This document shows, in pieces, positions 1-10,234 of a DNA stretch of 64,000 bases; within the stretch, counting starts at the first letter, position 1; each line of letters opens with the position of its first letter. Source of the DNA: Setoptus koraiensis (lineage: Eukaryota > Animalia > Arthropoda); NCBI GenBank assembly GCA_048013815.1, contig CM106586.1, forward strand, positions 17,422,001 to 17,486,000, given 5' to 3'. The notes beneath the pieces are model-generated. The model was not told where the DNA came from, made no database searches, and saw nothing but the letters and a program-made list of their open reading frames with translations. A program made the translations under genes and the position numbers.

Positions 1-29
1 TACGTAAAGTGCAACAGGAAAGTGAGCGA

Positions 30-2990
30 GTGTGTGTGTGTGTGTGTGCGCAACAGGATTTCTCTGCCTGCTCAAAGCGTGCGTGTGTGTGCGAGCCAAG
101 TGGAGCCCGACCGAACTGAAGCGGACCGAACTGAAGCGGACCGAACTGAAGCGAACCGAATGGTATCGAGCGACCAGCGACCAATTAATTGGGCAGAGGG
201 CCTGCAGAATGTGTGACACATGCAACATTAATTCATGGTGAGTTAGTGCTCAATCATCATATAGGGTGTTAAGAGCAAGCTGTCAAACTGAACTGTTTGT
301 GCCTGGCGTGCATGCCGGCGCACTTGGCCAACAGGCCATGTTGCACAAGTTGCCTAGATGGCGCATGCTGCACACAGTCGAGCGTGCACCCTGCACCGCA
401 CTAGCTGTGTGTATAGAACTTGTACAGGAGAAATGATGCGCACCACATCGGCGCAAGCTGCGCACGCAGGTCTGTGCCGAGCAGGGCGTCGCGTTTGATT
501 GGTGGACCAGCAGCAATTCGGTGCCCAGTGTTGCAGCATTTGAGGCCGCACTAATCCAGTCGAGTTTAATAGTGGTGCCAGACTGCGGCTGCTAAAGACT
601 GTAGCCTAGAGTGGAAACGTTCACTCATAAAATCAATTCAGTACAGTCGAGTGCAGCAAAGCAACGAGAGCGCCGCCGCGCGAGAGTGTGTGCTGGTGCA
701 AGGTGCTCGCAAGCTGCAGCACCAGTCTAGTCGCTGGCATCTAGTGCCAGTGCAGCACTTTATACTACAGTACAGTGCTAGTACAGTGTTTCTGCTGCGG
801 CAGTACCGCTTGCACGCTGCCGGCCGCGCTACAGCTACTTTTGGCGCAGCTTACTGTAGCTGCAGCAGCATCAGCATCAGCGAGCCTCCATTAGAGTGTA
901 TTAGTGTGCAGCTAGGCGAGCCGGCACTGTAGTTGTACGGTACGGCGTGTGCCTGCGTCGAGGTATCGCGGTGCCACTAGCACCGTGCTGGTGCCACAGT
1001 GCGGTGCAGCACTATGCTGCAGCGCACTGTATTAAAGAGTGCGCAAGTGTTGCTGTGCGATCGCTTGTACATCGCTGTATATTATGCAGCGCCGAATAGC
1101 GACGCACTGGCAGCGCGGCGGCCGTGCCGTCGTTGCCGGCGTCGCCGCTGCCAGCACAGTGGCCGGCAGCGGCGGCGACGACGACGAGCTTGCAGCATGC
1201 TGGTTTGCTAGCTATCGCCATCATGATCAATTGCTTTTACAGAAGTTGAGACTGTTGCTTCAATTGCTGTTCTGTTCATCCGCTGCGAACAGTAGTAACA
1301 GCAGCGGCGGCAGCGGCAGCGAAACTATGCCGTCGTCTGCTCGCTTACATGCTGCTTGCAGACTCAACTTGCAGCCTGTGTGTGTGTGTCGTCTCATCAC
1401 GCTTCACGGTGCGCTTGCAGCATTTCCATACTAGTCACCAGTTGCTGGTGCGGCGGCTGCTGCTGCAGCCGCTGCTGCTCTGGCAGCGCCACCATGAGCA
1501 TCGGCAGCAGACTTTAAAGACCACGACGACACTAACGCCACGCCGATCACCATCGGGCTGCCGGCTAAACAACCACCACCAATGTTGTCGGATGGCTGAC
1601 TGACTCACTGACTCACTGGCTGCTGTTGCTGGCTGCCGGCTGACGACGATGATGTTGAAAATCATCGCAATGGCAACAGCCTATGCGACTGTACTTTCCT
1701 ATGGCTTAACCATACGGTTTGTGTGATGATGATGATGCTAAAAGAAGAGAGAGAGAGAGAGAGAAAATCAACCACTCTGGCCCATTTTAAAAAGCACCAT
1801 TTAATGCCAGTGTTTACAGTGCTTATACAACACAACAGCGCTGCCTGTACAAGTTGTACAGTACAACTTGTACTGTACGACAGTCACTGTTGAACAGTGC
1901 GACGCACTCTGCGCACTCACACAAGCGCGCACACACACACATTTTGTGGTGCACAGTGCGCTGCTGCTGCTGCAACCGCGATTGCAGCCAAATGATTGCA
2001 CTAACGAGCGCACCGTCGAGTGCACTGTACGTATGTGAGCTGCACTGTAGCTTGTGTGAGCGCACCGAGAGCGAGAATGCAGCAGATATCGGCACAAGCA
2101 GCAAGTGCACAAGTGAAATAGTGAAACAGTGAAATAGAATTAGAATTGAAAATAGAAAGAAGGTACGTCGTGGAAAATATTCACAGAGAGCTCGCCCCCA
2201 CCCCGGTTTGTGTGACTCTCTTCCATCTTGAACGAACGAACGTCTGCTCATGCAAACACACACACAAACAAACACACATGCCTGTTCGTCTGTCCGTCCG
2301 TCCGTTTGTGAGCCGATGATATTGAGAGAGAGAGAGAGAGAGAAAAAAACTAATGCAGCATAATCTAGCAAGAGATGGCAAGAAATTCCGACTCAAACTA
2401 GACTCCTCCCTTGCTTGCCATTAGAATCTTTCTTTCTCGTTAGATCAACTGTTGATCATAAACACAAAGCGAGCACGCCGAAAGAACTAACGAACGAACG
2501 ACCGACCGACCGACCAACCGACCAGTTTCAAGTCATTACTTATGGCTTATCACACACACACACACACACACTATACTGTATAGCTTATAGCTTATAACGA
2601 GCACCACCGGAGTATTGGACGAACAAATATGGACAACAACAACAACAACCACTACATACGCTACATCAACAGGAGAGGAAAAATAAACTAACCATTTACC
2701 TAAGCATTTTGCACACACACACACAGACACACACACCGATTCAGCTAGCTCACACTATTCACAGCCAACGCACACACTGTCTGACAGATCATCTTGGCAG
2801 TCGACACCAGCACCGGCGGCTCACCTACGACGTCGCCGCCGCCGTTCCTTTTGCTCCCCATCTAATCACAACTATCAGCATACGTAGCTCGACCTCACTT
2901 CAACTAAATAGCAAATTTCGTTTCAATTATCATGTATTGCACGCCTCAAATATTTAACTTCCCTCTCTCTCTCTATCTCTCTGTCTGTGT
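30..2990. repeat. Microsatellite-rich, GC-richer segment with no identifiable protein
   Basis: (GT)n at 30-48, (GA)n ~1746-1763 and ~2325-2342, (CA)n ~2551-2570, (CAA)n ~2634-2649, many GCN triplet runs. ORFs here are repeat translations without recognisable domains. Confidence 0.7.
109..160. repeat. 15-bp tandem repeat (GACCGAACTGAAGCG) x ~3.5
   Basis: Units at 109-123, 124-138 and 139-153, then partial AACCGAA. Confidence 0.9.
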
Positions 2991-4042
2991 GTCATGTAGC
3001 TACCATACAAACCATGCAAATCAATATCATACCCTCATCATACCATAAGCTACTTGTTATATTGTATATTGCCAGCCCACTACAATGCGTAGCCAGCAGT
3101 AAGCAGCCTTTTTGTCTGCTCAAAATCCAGTGGACCCAAAATTACGTTGCATCGCCGCGCCCAAACAAAAAATGACATCCATCATGACACTCGGACATCC
3201 TCGCGGGTCAATGCAACCTCACACTAACACCTCGTCTACTTGTCAACAACTAACACAAGCTATTCTTTCAACCAATATCCGCTCTCCACTCTAGGTGCAC
3301 AAACCCATTTTACGATAGCTACAAAAATATGTCATACACTGATGCAATGGATATCACCAATACTATTATTGCCAAGGCGATATTGTTGAGTCTCTAACCG
3401 ACACTATCGTATAAGCGTCGCAGAACCGGGTTTTCCATCTGATCTGACAGTGCAATTGAAAGCTGAGATCATTTAGAAAACCATTTTTGCCGCTAAACTC
3501 TGCCAATCCTCAATGCGACTGCCTTGAAAATATTTCCATTCTATCCCAGGATCGTTTCAAATGTATTCTTCTCTTTCTCTTAATCTTCGACATGGCTCCT
3601 TCTATTCATGGTGAAACATGGCAAGATGCCTCCCACTAAGAGCGCAAGGAAGAGGTCAAGCGAATTGTGAAGTTTTGATGCGGAAAATCACGCCTTTGCC
3701 TCATTATTATCAGTAGTGGATGAATCATAGACTATCGTTAGTAATACCGATCGGATCAAATTATCACTGTGGTACAGACACTTTGTCATAACCTCGATAA
3801 TTCCTCTTACCCAATGAAGTAGCACAACCTCGAATGTGACATGATTTACTATTAGATTGAGGACAATTTCTCAAGCCTATTCTTGAGACCTTCTTCCTAT
3901 AAAATTTCTAAGAATAAATGAAAATGATCAAGAAATCGGAATATCTCGCTAAGATGTTCTGGCAAAAAGACTAATCCAAAACTCTATACAGTGCAACGAT
4001 ATATTTTATTGAACAAATGCAACATTAATAATTGAGGTGTCA

Positions 4043-5433
4043 TCATACCACATTTAGCAGCGGAACATTTACATTAGCCAACATCTTGTTGATCATTTTG
4101 ACTGCATCCCCTTCAACCATTCTAAATGTTGGTTGAAGTTCTTCTTGATTATCATTTAGGTAGGAATTGATTAGCATGGAAAGTGACTGCGTCAGATTAC
4201 CTAGCCCTCTTATGACTACATGGACGCGACCTAGTCGGAACACTCTTATCCTATCCACCCTTTGCATAACTGGCTCCTCGCTGTCTTCCGGTTGAATGGC
4301 CTGACTAAACTGCGCTTGCACTTTAGGAGACAGCCTAGCCTCTAAGTCTCCGTCAAAGACCAATCTGTCACCATTTATGACACGATATTTATAAGCCACT
4401 CTCAATTCTTCCACCTCTATCGTGAGTCCGAGAGATATTGTTTCATTGCTGCAGAAGACCCATGCTGGTTTAGTTCTTTTGAATTTGTACGCCCTTGTGC
4501 CTTTACCTTCGTAGAGGAATATTTGTAGATTATAGTCTACCAGGTCTATTGTGGCATTAGGTAAAGTTATAGGCTCCATAGCTCTTACTATTCTTGTGCC
4601 AAATCTAAATAATTGATCGACATAATCATCTAATTCCTCTCCCTGACTGCAAGGAGTCTGCCTCTTAAACCTTTTCAGAGGTTTACTCGATGAAGTTCCC
4701 TCGGATTCATCTGCTTCCCTTTCAGACTCCTCGAATCGTCGATTGAACTCTAGTTCACTGAATTCTTCCTGGCTTGGTGACCTGCTTGATCGATTCTTAA
4801 CTAATTGCGATTTCTGTGCAGCTTTAGCCTCAGGGGTCTTGTGTATCTTAAGTAGAACTTTCGAAGACGCACCACCTGTTGCTCTACCTAGTGCCGACTG
4901 AAGATAACTTCCGAAGTTTATATCAGGTAACTGCAAATTTAAATCTTGCGAAAATTGCAATGGTATTGTCTTCAACAGTTCTGTCTCATTGTACTTTTTG
5001 TGTTTTTTCGTTTGTGTTTTTGGTTTGCTTTTATTGGTGAGACCTGAATGAGTTTATAGAAATTTACCAAGTTGGGGAGAAAGTTGTGTGTTGCAGATCA
5101 TTCAATTAAGACTTAGTAGAATTGACTAGGATCAAGAGAGTCCATGCTTGCTATGAAAGTGTTGTGATAATACAAATTTTTATTGTCAAATCACTTATCG
5201 GTTCAGTGTAAGTAGCGTTGCTGAAGATATTTACCTTGCTTTTGATGCACATTGTCAGCATTTTGGTTGGTAGAATCGGAAGTTCTTGAGATTTGTTGTT
5301 GTTTATTTGTTAACGCTTTGTCTTGAGCGATTTGCTTTGTTGTATCATGTTTATCGGAACATGTACAGTAGTCGATAATTAACGAACTCGCGAGAAGAAA
5401 TGAGATTGTCAGATATGTTTTGTTGTGCAGCAT
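4043..5433 (-). CDS. Secreted protein (~399 aa) with signal peptide, disordered pro-region, RFKR furin-type site and a C-terminal domain possibly TULIP/group-7-allergen-like
   Basis: Exon 1 is 5433-5235 (MLHNKTYLTISFLLASSLIIDYCTC..., donor CAAG|GTAAAT) and exon 2 is 5043-4043 (acceptor TTCAG|). The phase-1 splice joins the two listed ORFs in frame (1200 nt). RFKR is at 4673-4662. The fold call is tentative. Confidence 0.75.
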
Positions 5434-6589
5434 GATCGAAACTTTACCACTATGGCGCCAGTCTATCGGTAAAATCTCTTAAGATGATAGTAATTCGAAA
5501 CTGATATTTTTTTTTCTTATAAGAGCGGCCAGAGAGGAACTAATGCATTTGATAACAACTTTCGCTGAACCTACAGGAGTGTCTCACGATGAATCACTGT
5601 ACTTGCATCAGATTTGCATCCTTATATCGACTCGAATGTCTTCAAATCACTTTTGAACTTTCACTCGGAGATACTCTTCCCTGTTTGGCCTATACCACTA
5701 AATTGCATACCCTCAAGTCTAACAATATTTTCGCGACGAAGAATGAACAAAAATCAGACAACGCAGCAAACATGGAAGAAACCTGGTAGAACTGTGTCCA
5801 TATTCTACTTAAACTGCGAGAAAAATCTGAAGAATATTACTCTTAGAAGAACAAGAAGAAGAAAAAGCTCCAGTCTTCTTCAAGTTGATTAACCGGGCTT
5901 ACATCATAACGAAGATATGCCATAAGCAATTGTCTGTGTTTAAGCTTTGCATCCAAGTAAAGATGTGCCACCTTGTTCATGTTGACTGTATGTATGTTGT
6001 TGTTATTATTAATACAAAGAAGAGAAATACTATACTACCTTTCCGATAACAACAACTAACTACAAAAACAACTACCATTAGCAGCAACAAACGAAGTATT
6101 TCGATGGATGCACAGGATTAGTTGTGCAAACCATCAAGTTTCACTCTCCCTTTCTTTTCACTTGGATGAGTAGAAGGAAGCTGATTTCACTTTCCTGATT
6201 ACATAAGTAGTGACACAGACTCAAAGAAATGTCGATTCGGAATAAGTTAGATTTCTAAATCGGTCCAGGTCTGAAGACAATTTCTTCTTTAATATAATCG
6301 CAAATGAGTTTAGATAGAGAAGGCGTTCGTATCTACATTGAAAGATCTCACAGCGGTTGCTAGTTTTAATGTGGAAAAGTCATGAAATGTTGATAATAGA
6401 CTTACAATGAAACATTTATCATAGTCGTCATAATCTTCAGATCAGATGATAGTTTGATTTACTTGTGAACCATTATTGCTTTGAAAGACTGCTTTTTCAG
6501 AAATAAATGATGTAGTTTCGAGCTCAGACCTGAGCCAGTTAAAATTGTAAAACAGGTAACTCTTACTATCAACTCGCAATATGCAGGCT

Positions 6590-6763
6590 GAATGCACGAC
6601 TTATGGCGAAGCTGATACCTACACAAAAATGAATATAAATGTCGTGAATATGGCCTCTATGAAACCTCGATTAGACGCCGATACTGCATCCACAAAGGAA
6701 GCTGCAAATGATGCCCAAATTGCTGGCTCGGAGGCACAAAGAATTGACCAAAGATCTGAGTAA
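6590..6763 (+). pseudogene. ATP5ME: Frameshifted, 5'-truncated copy of ATP synthase subunit e
   Basis: SMKPRLDADTASTKEAANDAQIAGSEAQRIDQRSE aligns to SMKPQWDAEAAAKKKVADDAQIADLLAQGIDIRSK of 9530-9781. Upstream YLHKNEYKCREY (vs YLHRKEEKYRAY) is in another frame because of a 2-nt deletion near 6655-6660. Confidence 0.85.
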
Positions 6764-6809
6764 GGCGTAGGAGGAAAGTAGAAGTTTTTAGCTTTATTAA
6801 TCAATAAAA

Positions 6810-7322
6810 CTAAAAACTCAGTTTATTTGTGACAACTGTTGTTAATTTATCTATACATTGGCTTCGTAGGAGTTCCTTCACCTCGAACTCCATTGATTCT
6901 CCAAAACGAATGGAACAGCTACGGCTGTTTAACACTATTTTGTATTTGTTCAAAATGGCTTCACAATTTCGCATTCGAGCAATAGATTGACGCGTTGAGA
7001 GAGATACTGGCTCTAAACTGAGATCAAAACCATATTCTATTCCTTCGCTCGTTCTTGCAGGAGATATTCGAACCAGGCCATCGTTAGCTAAAATAATATG
7101 CAAACCCAATGATGGTAGATTGTGAAAATGAGTCTTGCGTCGCTCTATAAGAGAAGGTGCCACCTCTACAATCACACCTTGACCTATGCAACCGTATCTA
7201 AGGCTCCTTGTGTGTAATGACAAGGCACCATCTTGGAATACAGAGTGAACTTCAGCTATGATCATATTACATTCTTCTAAAAAGGTTTTCACAAGTATCA
7301 AAGTTTCAACTGTCCTTTCTCT
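6810..7322 (-). pseudogene. EXOSC2: 5'-truncated duplicate of RRP4 (part of S1 plus KH region) with an open reading frame; functional status unknown
   Basis: Gap-free inverted alignment to 8971-9483 (coordinate sum 16293). I count 23 differences over the 151 aa from ATG 7265. The listed start at 7370 is TTG inside the LEM CDS. The KH motif ANNGLVWI has become ANDGLVRI. Confidence 0.8.
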
Positions 7323-8091
7323 TGGTATCTGTGCCAACCCACTTCCAGGCACGATAATCTTCTCCGTCAATATTCACGAGCTCTACTTTAACACGAGATT
7401 CATGCTCCTCAATAAATCTTACTGTTTTATCCCAGAGATTAATCATTTTAGTGGTCTTTCTTTCGCTTGGTGACATCAGTGTATCTCGTATGTGCAAGAC
7501 AGGCATTAAACGCGGATTGTCCGGAGATTGAAGGAGCTCGAGGATCTTCTCAACCATCTCGTAAACTCTCTCTGATTCTTGGTGGCGTCGTTTATGAAGA
7601 TATTTTACAAATCTATACAAGCCATAAATGATTATCGGAAAGAAAGCTAACGCAATGACTCTTCTGAATGCATACTTAAATGTTTGCATCAATAGAAATT
7701 CTTCTGGAAATCTAGAGTAGGCATACAATGAAAATATGCCCACGAAAAATGATACAATAACTATCAGTATGGCCTTAGAAATATGGTTTGGTTCAACATC
7801 ATCGCAAATAATAGGAGCCTTTGTTACTGGTGCCTGAGTCAAAATGTGTCCAGGGTGAGTATCACTTGTTTTGAGAGGTTTTGGTAGTTGCTGTTGTTGT
7901 TGCTCTTGCTCTTGTTGACGATGTAGATGCCGCATTTGTTTTTGGGCTGCTAGTAGAGCTTGATATTTTTTTCTGTAAACATCCCTTGTGGTGCTGGTAA
8001 GTGGTCCCACCTCTTGGCCCAAAGCTTCTAGAGCGACACGAAGCTCCTGATCGGTGAGCTCGCCGGACAGAGTGACGGTTGATTCAGTCAT
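7306..8091 (-). CDS. LEM-domain inner nuclear membrane protein (MAN1/LEM2 family), 261 aa, no RRM
   Basis: N-terminal LEM motif LTDQELRVALEALGQEVGPLTSTTRDVYRKKY, two TM segments, and an MSC/winged-helix region (PVLHIRDTL...LWDKTVRFIEEHESRV...GEDYRAWKW). Single exon. Confidence 0.9.
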   Translation of the reverse strand: MTESTVTLSGELTDQELRVALEALGQEVGPLTSTTRDVYRKKYQALLAAQKQMRHLHRQQEQEQQQQQLPKPLKTSDTHPGHILTQAPVTKAPIICDDVEPNHISKAILIVIVSFFVGIFSLYAYSRFPEEFLLMQTFKYAFRRVIALAFFPIIIYGLYRFVKYLHKRRHQESERVYEMVEKILELLQSPDNPRLMPVLHIRDTLMSPSERKTTKMINLWDKTVRFIEEHESRVKVELVNIDGEDYRAWKWVGTDTKRKDS

Positions 8092-8628
8092 GGTTAATAT
8101 GAATTATTATTTTGATTGAGGCTGTGATACTAATGTGGTTCAATTGTGAAATATTATCACGTTTTTTATATTTTCTTCAACGGCAAAATCGAACCTTGTA
8201 ATGAATAGGCTAAATGGCCACTTTCGTACGCATGGCGCGATTATTCGAAAAACAGACAATCGATACTGTGAATATCATTCTGTAGATGATATCCACAAAA
8301 TGAAGGGGATATGAATATGTACAATTGGTGCTATTACAAGGATTATACCCCCTGCGCGAATTTTTTGAGCAAATTCGCAACAGACGCAACACACGACAAG
8401 TTTACAATTAATATCCCCATTCACATGTGGATATAATATACTGGTAGCGGTATTGATAATGTTTTTTCATGCAAAATCACTACACCACGCGTATGAAACA
8501 TCTCTTCGCCTCAAGATTTGATCTTGAAGTCAAAAAAATTGGAAGCGTGACAAATTTTTGCAATTGGACTGCATCTGCAATCGGGTGAACATTACCGTAC
8601 TTGGTCATATCCACAATATTAATCAGCC
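8092..8628. promoter_or_regulatory. Probable bidirectional promoter between the divergent LEM and RRP4 genes
   Basis: Head-to-head starts 537 bp apart. Inferred from arrangement only; no specific motif was identified. Confidence 0.5.
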
Positions 8629-9483
8629 ATGGAGCAGGAGGACGACATGGACTATCAGGAAGAATTTACCACCCACATTTGTCTGCCCGGCGATCTCATC
8701 ACTAACATACCGGGATACATGCGCGGCCATGGAACTTTTTCAGGACCGGAGGGACAACTCATTTCGACAGTCGGAGGAAGAGTTGAACGCATAAACAAAT
8801 TAGTCAGCGTACACGCTCCAAGAGCCAGATTTGTTGGTGAGACAGGTGACGTTGTAGTTGGACGTATTATCGAGGTTCAAGTGGGACTGAAGAGGTGGAA
8901 AGTTGAAACTAACTCACGACTAGACTCCGTATTGCTTTTAGCTTCTATAAATTTACCAGGAGGCGAATTGAGACGAAAAACAATTGAAGATGAACTAATG
9001 ATGAGAAGCTTTTTTAAAGAAGGTGACTTGATTGTGGCCGAAGTTCAATCTGTATTCCAGGATGGTGCCTTGTCATTACACACAAGGAGCCTTAGATATG
9101 GTCGCATAGGTCAAGGTGTACTTATAAAAGTGGCACCTTCTCTTATAGAGCGACGCAAGACTCATTTTCACAATCTACCATCATTGGGATTGCATATTAT
9201 TTTAGCTAACAATGGCCTGGTTTGGATATCCCCTCCAAGAACAAGCGAGGAGGTAGAATACGGTTTTGATCTCAGTTTAGAGCCAGTATCTCTCTCAACG
9301 CGTCAATCTATTGCTCGAATGCGAAATTGTGTAGCTATATTAAGCAAAGGCAAAATAATGTTAAACAGCCGTAGCTGTTCCATTTGTTTTGAGGAATCAA
9401 TGGAGTTCGAGGTGAAGGAACTTCTAAGAAGCCAATGTATAGAGAAATTAACAAGGGTTGTCTCGAATAAACTGAATTCATAG
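8629..9483 (+). CDS. EXOSC2: Exosome complex cap subunit RRP4, 284 aa, intronless
   Basis: PGDLIT..YMRGHGT, VERINKLVSV, GDVVVGRIIEV..KRWKVETNSRLDSVLLLASINLPGGELRRK, GDLIVAEVQSVFQDGALSLHTRSLRYG, RRKTHFH and ILANNGLVWI are RRP4 motifs. Confidence 0.97.
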   Translation: MEQEDDMDYQEEFTTHICLPGDLITNIPGYMRGHGTFSGPEGQLISTVGGRVERINKLVSVHAPRARFVGETGDVVVGRIIEVQVGLKRWKVETNSRLDSVLLLASINLPGGELRRKTIEDELMMRSFFKEGDLIVAEVQSVFQDGALSLHTRSLRYGRIGQGVLIKVAPSLIERRKTHFHNLPSLGLHIILANNGLVWISPPRTSEEVEYGFDLSLEPVSLSTRQSIARMRNCVAILSKGKIMLNSRSCSICFEESMEFEVKELLRSQCIEKLTRVVSNKLNS

Positions 9484-9529
9484 TTTTATTGACTATTAAC
9501 GCTAACGATTTCTACATTCCTCCTACGTC

Positions 9530-9781
9530 TTACTTAGATCTAATATCAATTCCTTGAGCCAATAAATCGGCAATTTGAGCGTCATCGGCAACCTTCTTCT
9601 TGGCTGCAGCCTCGGCATCCCATTGAGGTTTCATGGAGAGCAGATATGCACGGTATTTCTCTTCTTTTCTGTGTAGGTATCCCCATCTCCATGACCCGTA
9701 CATTATACCTAGGCCCAATAGAGACCAACGACAAAATTTTATGAAGGGGGAAACCCTGACGGGAGTCAATAATTCAGCCAT
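9530..9781 (-). CDS. ATP5ME: Mitochondrial ATP synthase subunit e, 83 aa, intronless
   Basis: PVRVSPFIKFCRWSLLGLGIMYG is the subunit e N-terminal/TM GxxxG signature, followed by a charged helix. Tail-to-tail with RRP4, 46 bp apart. Confidence 0.92.
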   Translation of the reverse strand: MAELLTPVRVSPFIKFCRWSLLGLGIMYGSWRWGYLHRKEEKYRAYLLSMKPQWDAEAAAKKKVADDAQIADLLAQGIDIRSK

Positions 9782-10234
9782 GATGTTGAATCCGTCTTAT
9801 ATGTTATTGATTATAGGTTGTTATTGTAATAATAAATATATTCTTGATATATCATAAATTAGATTATCATGCATGTTACAGTATTTATTGATCGCGTCCT
9901 TGTTTTCACGCATGCGTTTGTAGGCAGAATAACAAACACAAAAGCGCGCGTTTCGAGTTCGAATTTTCGAATTTTTCATTTGAGGATTCGATGAACAAGT
10001 TTCATGTGCTGTTGGTGTGTTTTCGCAAAGACAGGTGTAGCTTCAAACTAAAAACAAGAGATGGAGATTGATAGGATTTTCCATTCGAATCATGTTCTCA
10101 TCCTTTACTTATATCGTTTTCTTTCTTGGTCTGATACCCACCGAACACTAACGTTATCTTATTACTCGATCTAGATTATAGCTTGAACCAGTTGTCAAGT
10201 AAAAACTGTGCCAGTATAGTTTGGTAAGATTCTA

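Larger units (their letters stand above)
6590..9705. repeat. Inverted duplication: arms ~6590-7322 and ~8971-9705, spacer ~1.65 kb
   Basis: Perfect blocks are 6962-7031 with 9262-9331 (70 nt) and 7105-7163 with 9130-9188 (59 nt). The stop codons align (6810/9483) and identity decays toward both ends. Confidence 0.95.

Noticed and set aside
109-160. Short direct repeats as a possible CRISPR array or prokaryotic feature
   Set aside because: Head-to-tail repeats without spacers in a spliceosomal-intron-containing eukaryotic context. No rRNA, tRNA or CRISPR was recognised anywhere in the window.
22-3294. Many short overlapping ORFs, and an LRRCT-like GNSLCDCTFLWL near 1670-1705
   Set aside because: They are translations of simple repeats. 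The motif is one residue short, flanked by stops, and has no usable acceptor.
5450-6560. Coding-looking fragments (e.g. MNKVAHLYLDAKLKHRQLLMAYLRYDV on the minus strand); tested as the lost MAN1 RRM
   Set aside because: They are short, interrupted by stops, and show no RRM/UHM or other recognisable motif.
7340-7370. IIVPGSGL in the RRP4-copy frame resembling RRP4 INLPGGEL
   Set aside because: The same bases encode the ancestral MSC YRAWKW motif in the LEM frame and the alignment needs a gap, so it is probably coincidence.
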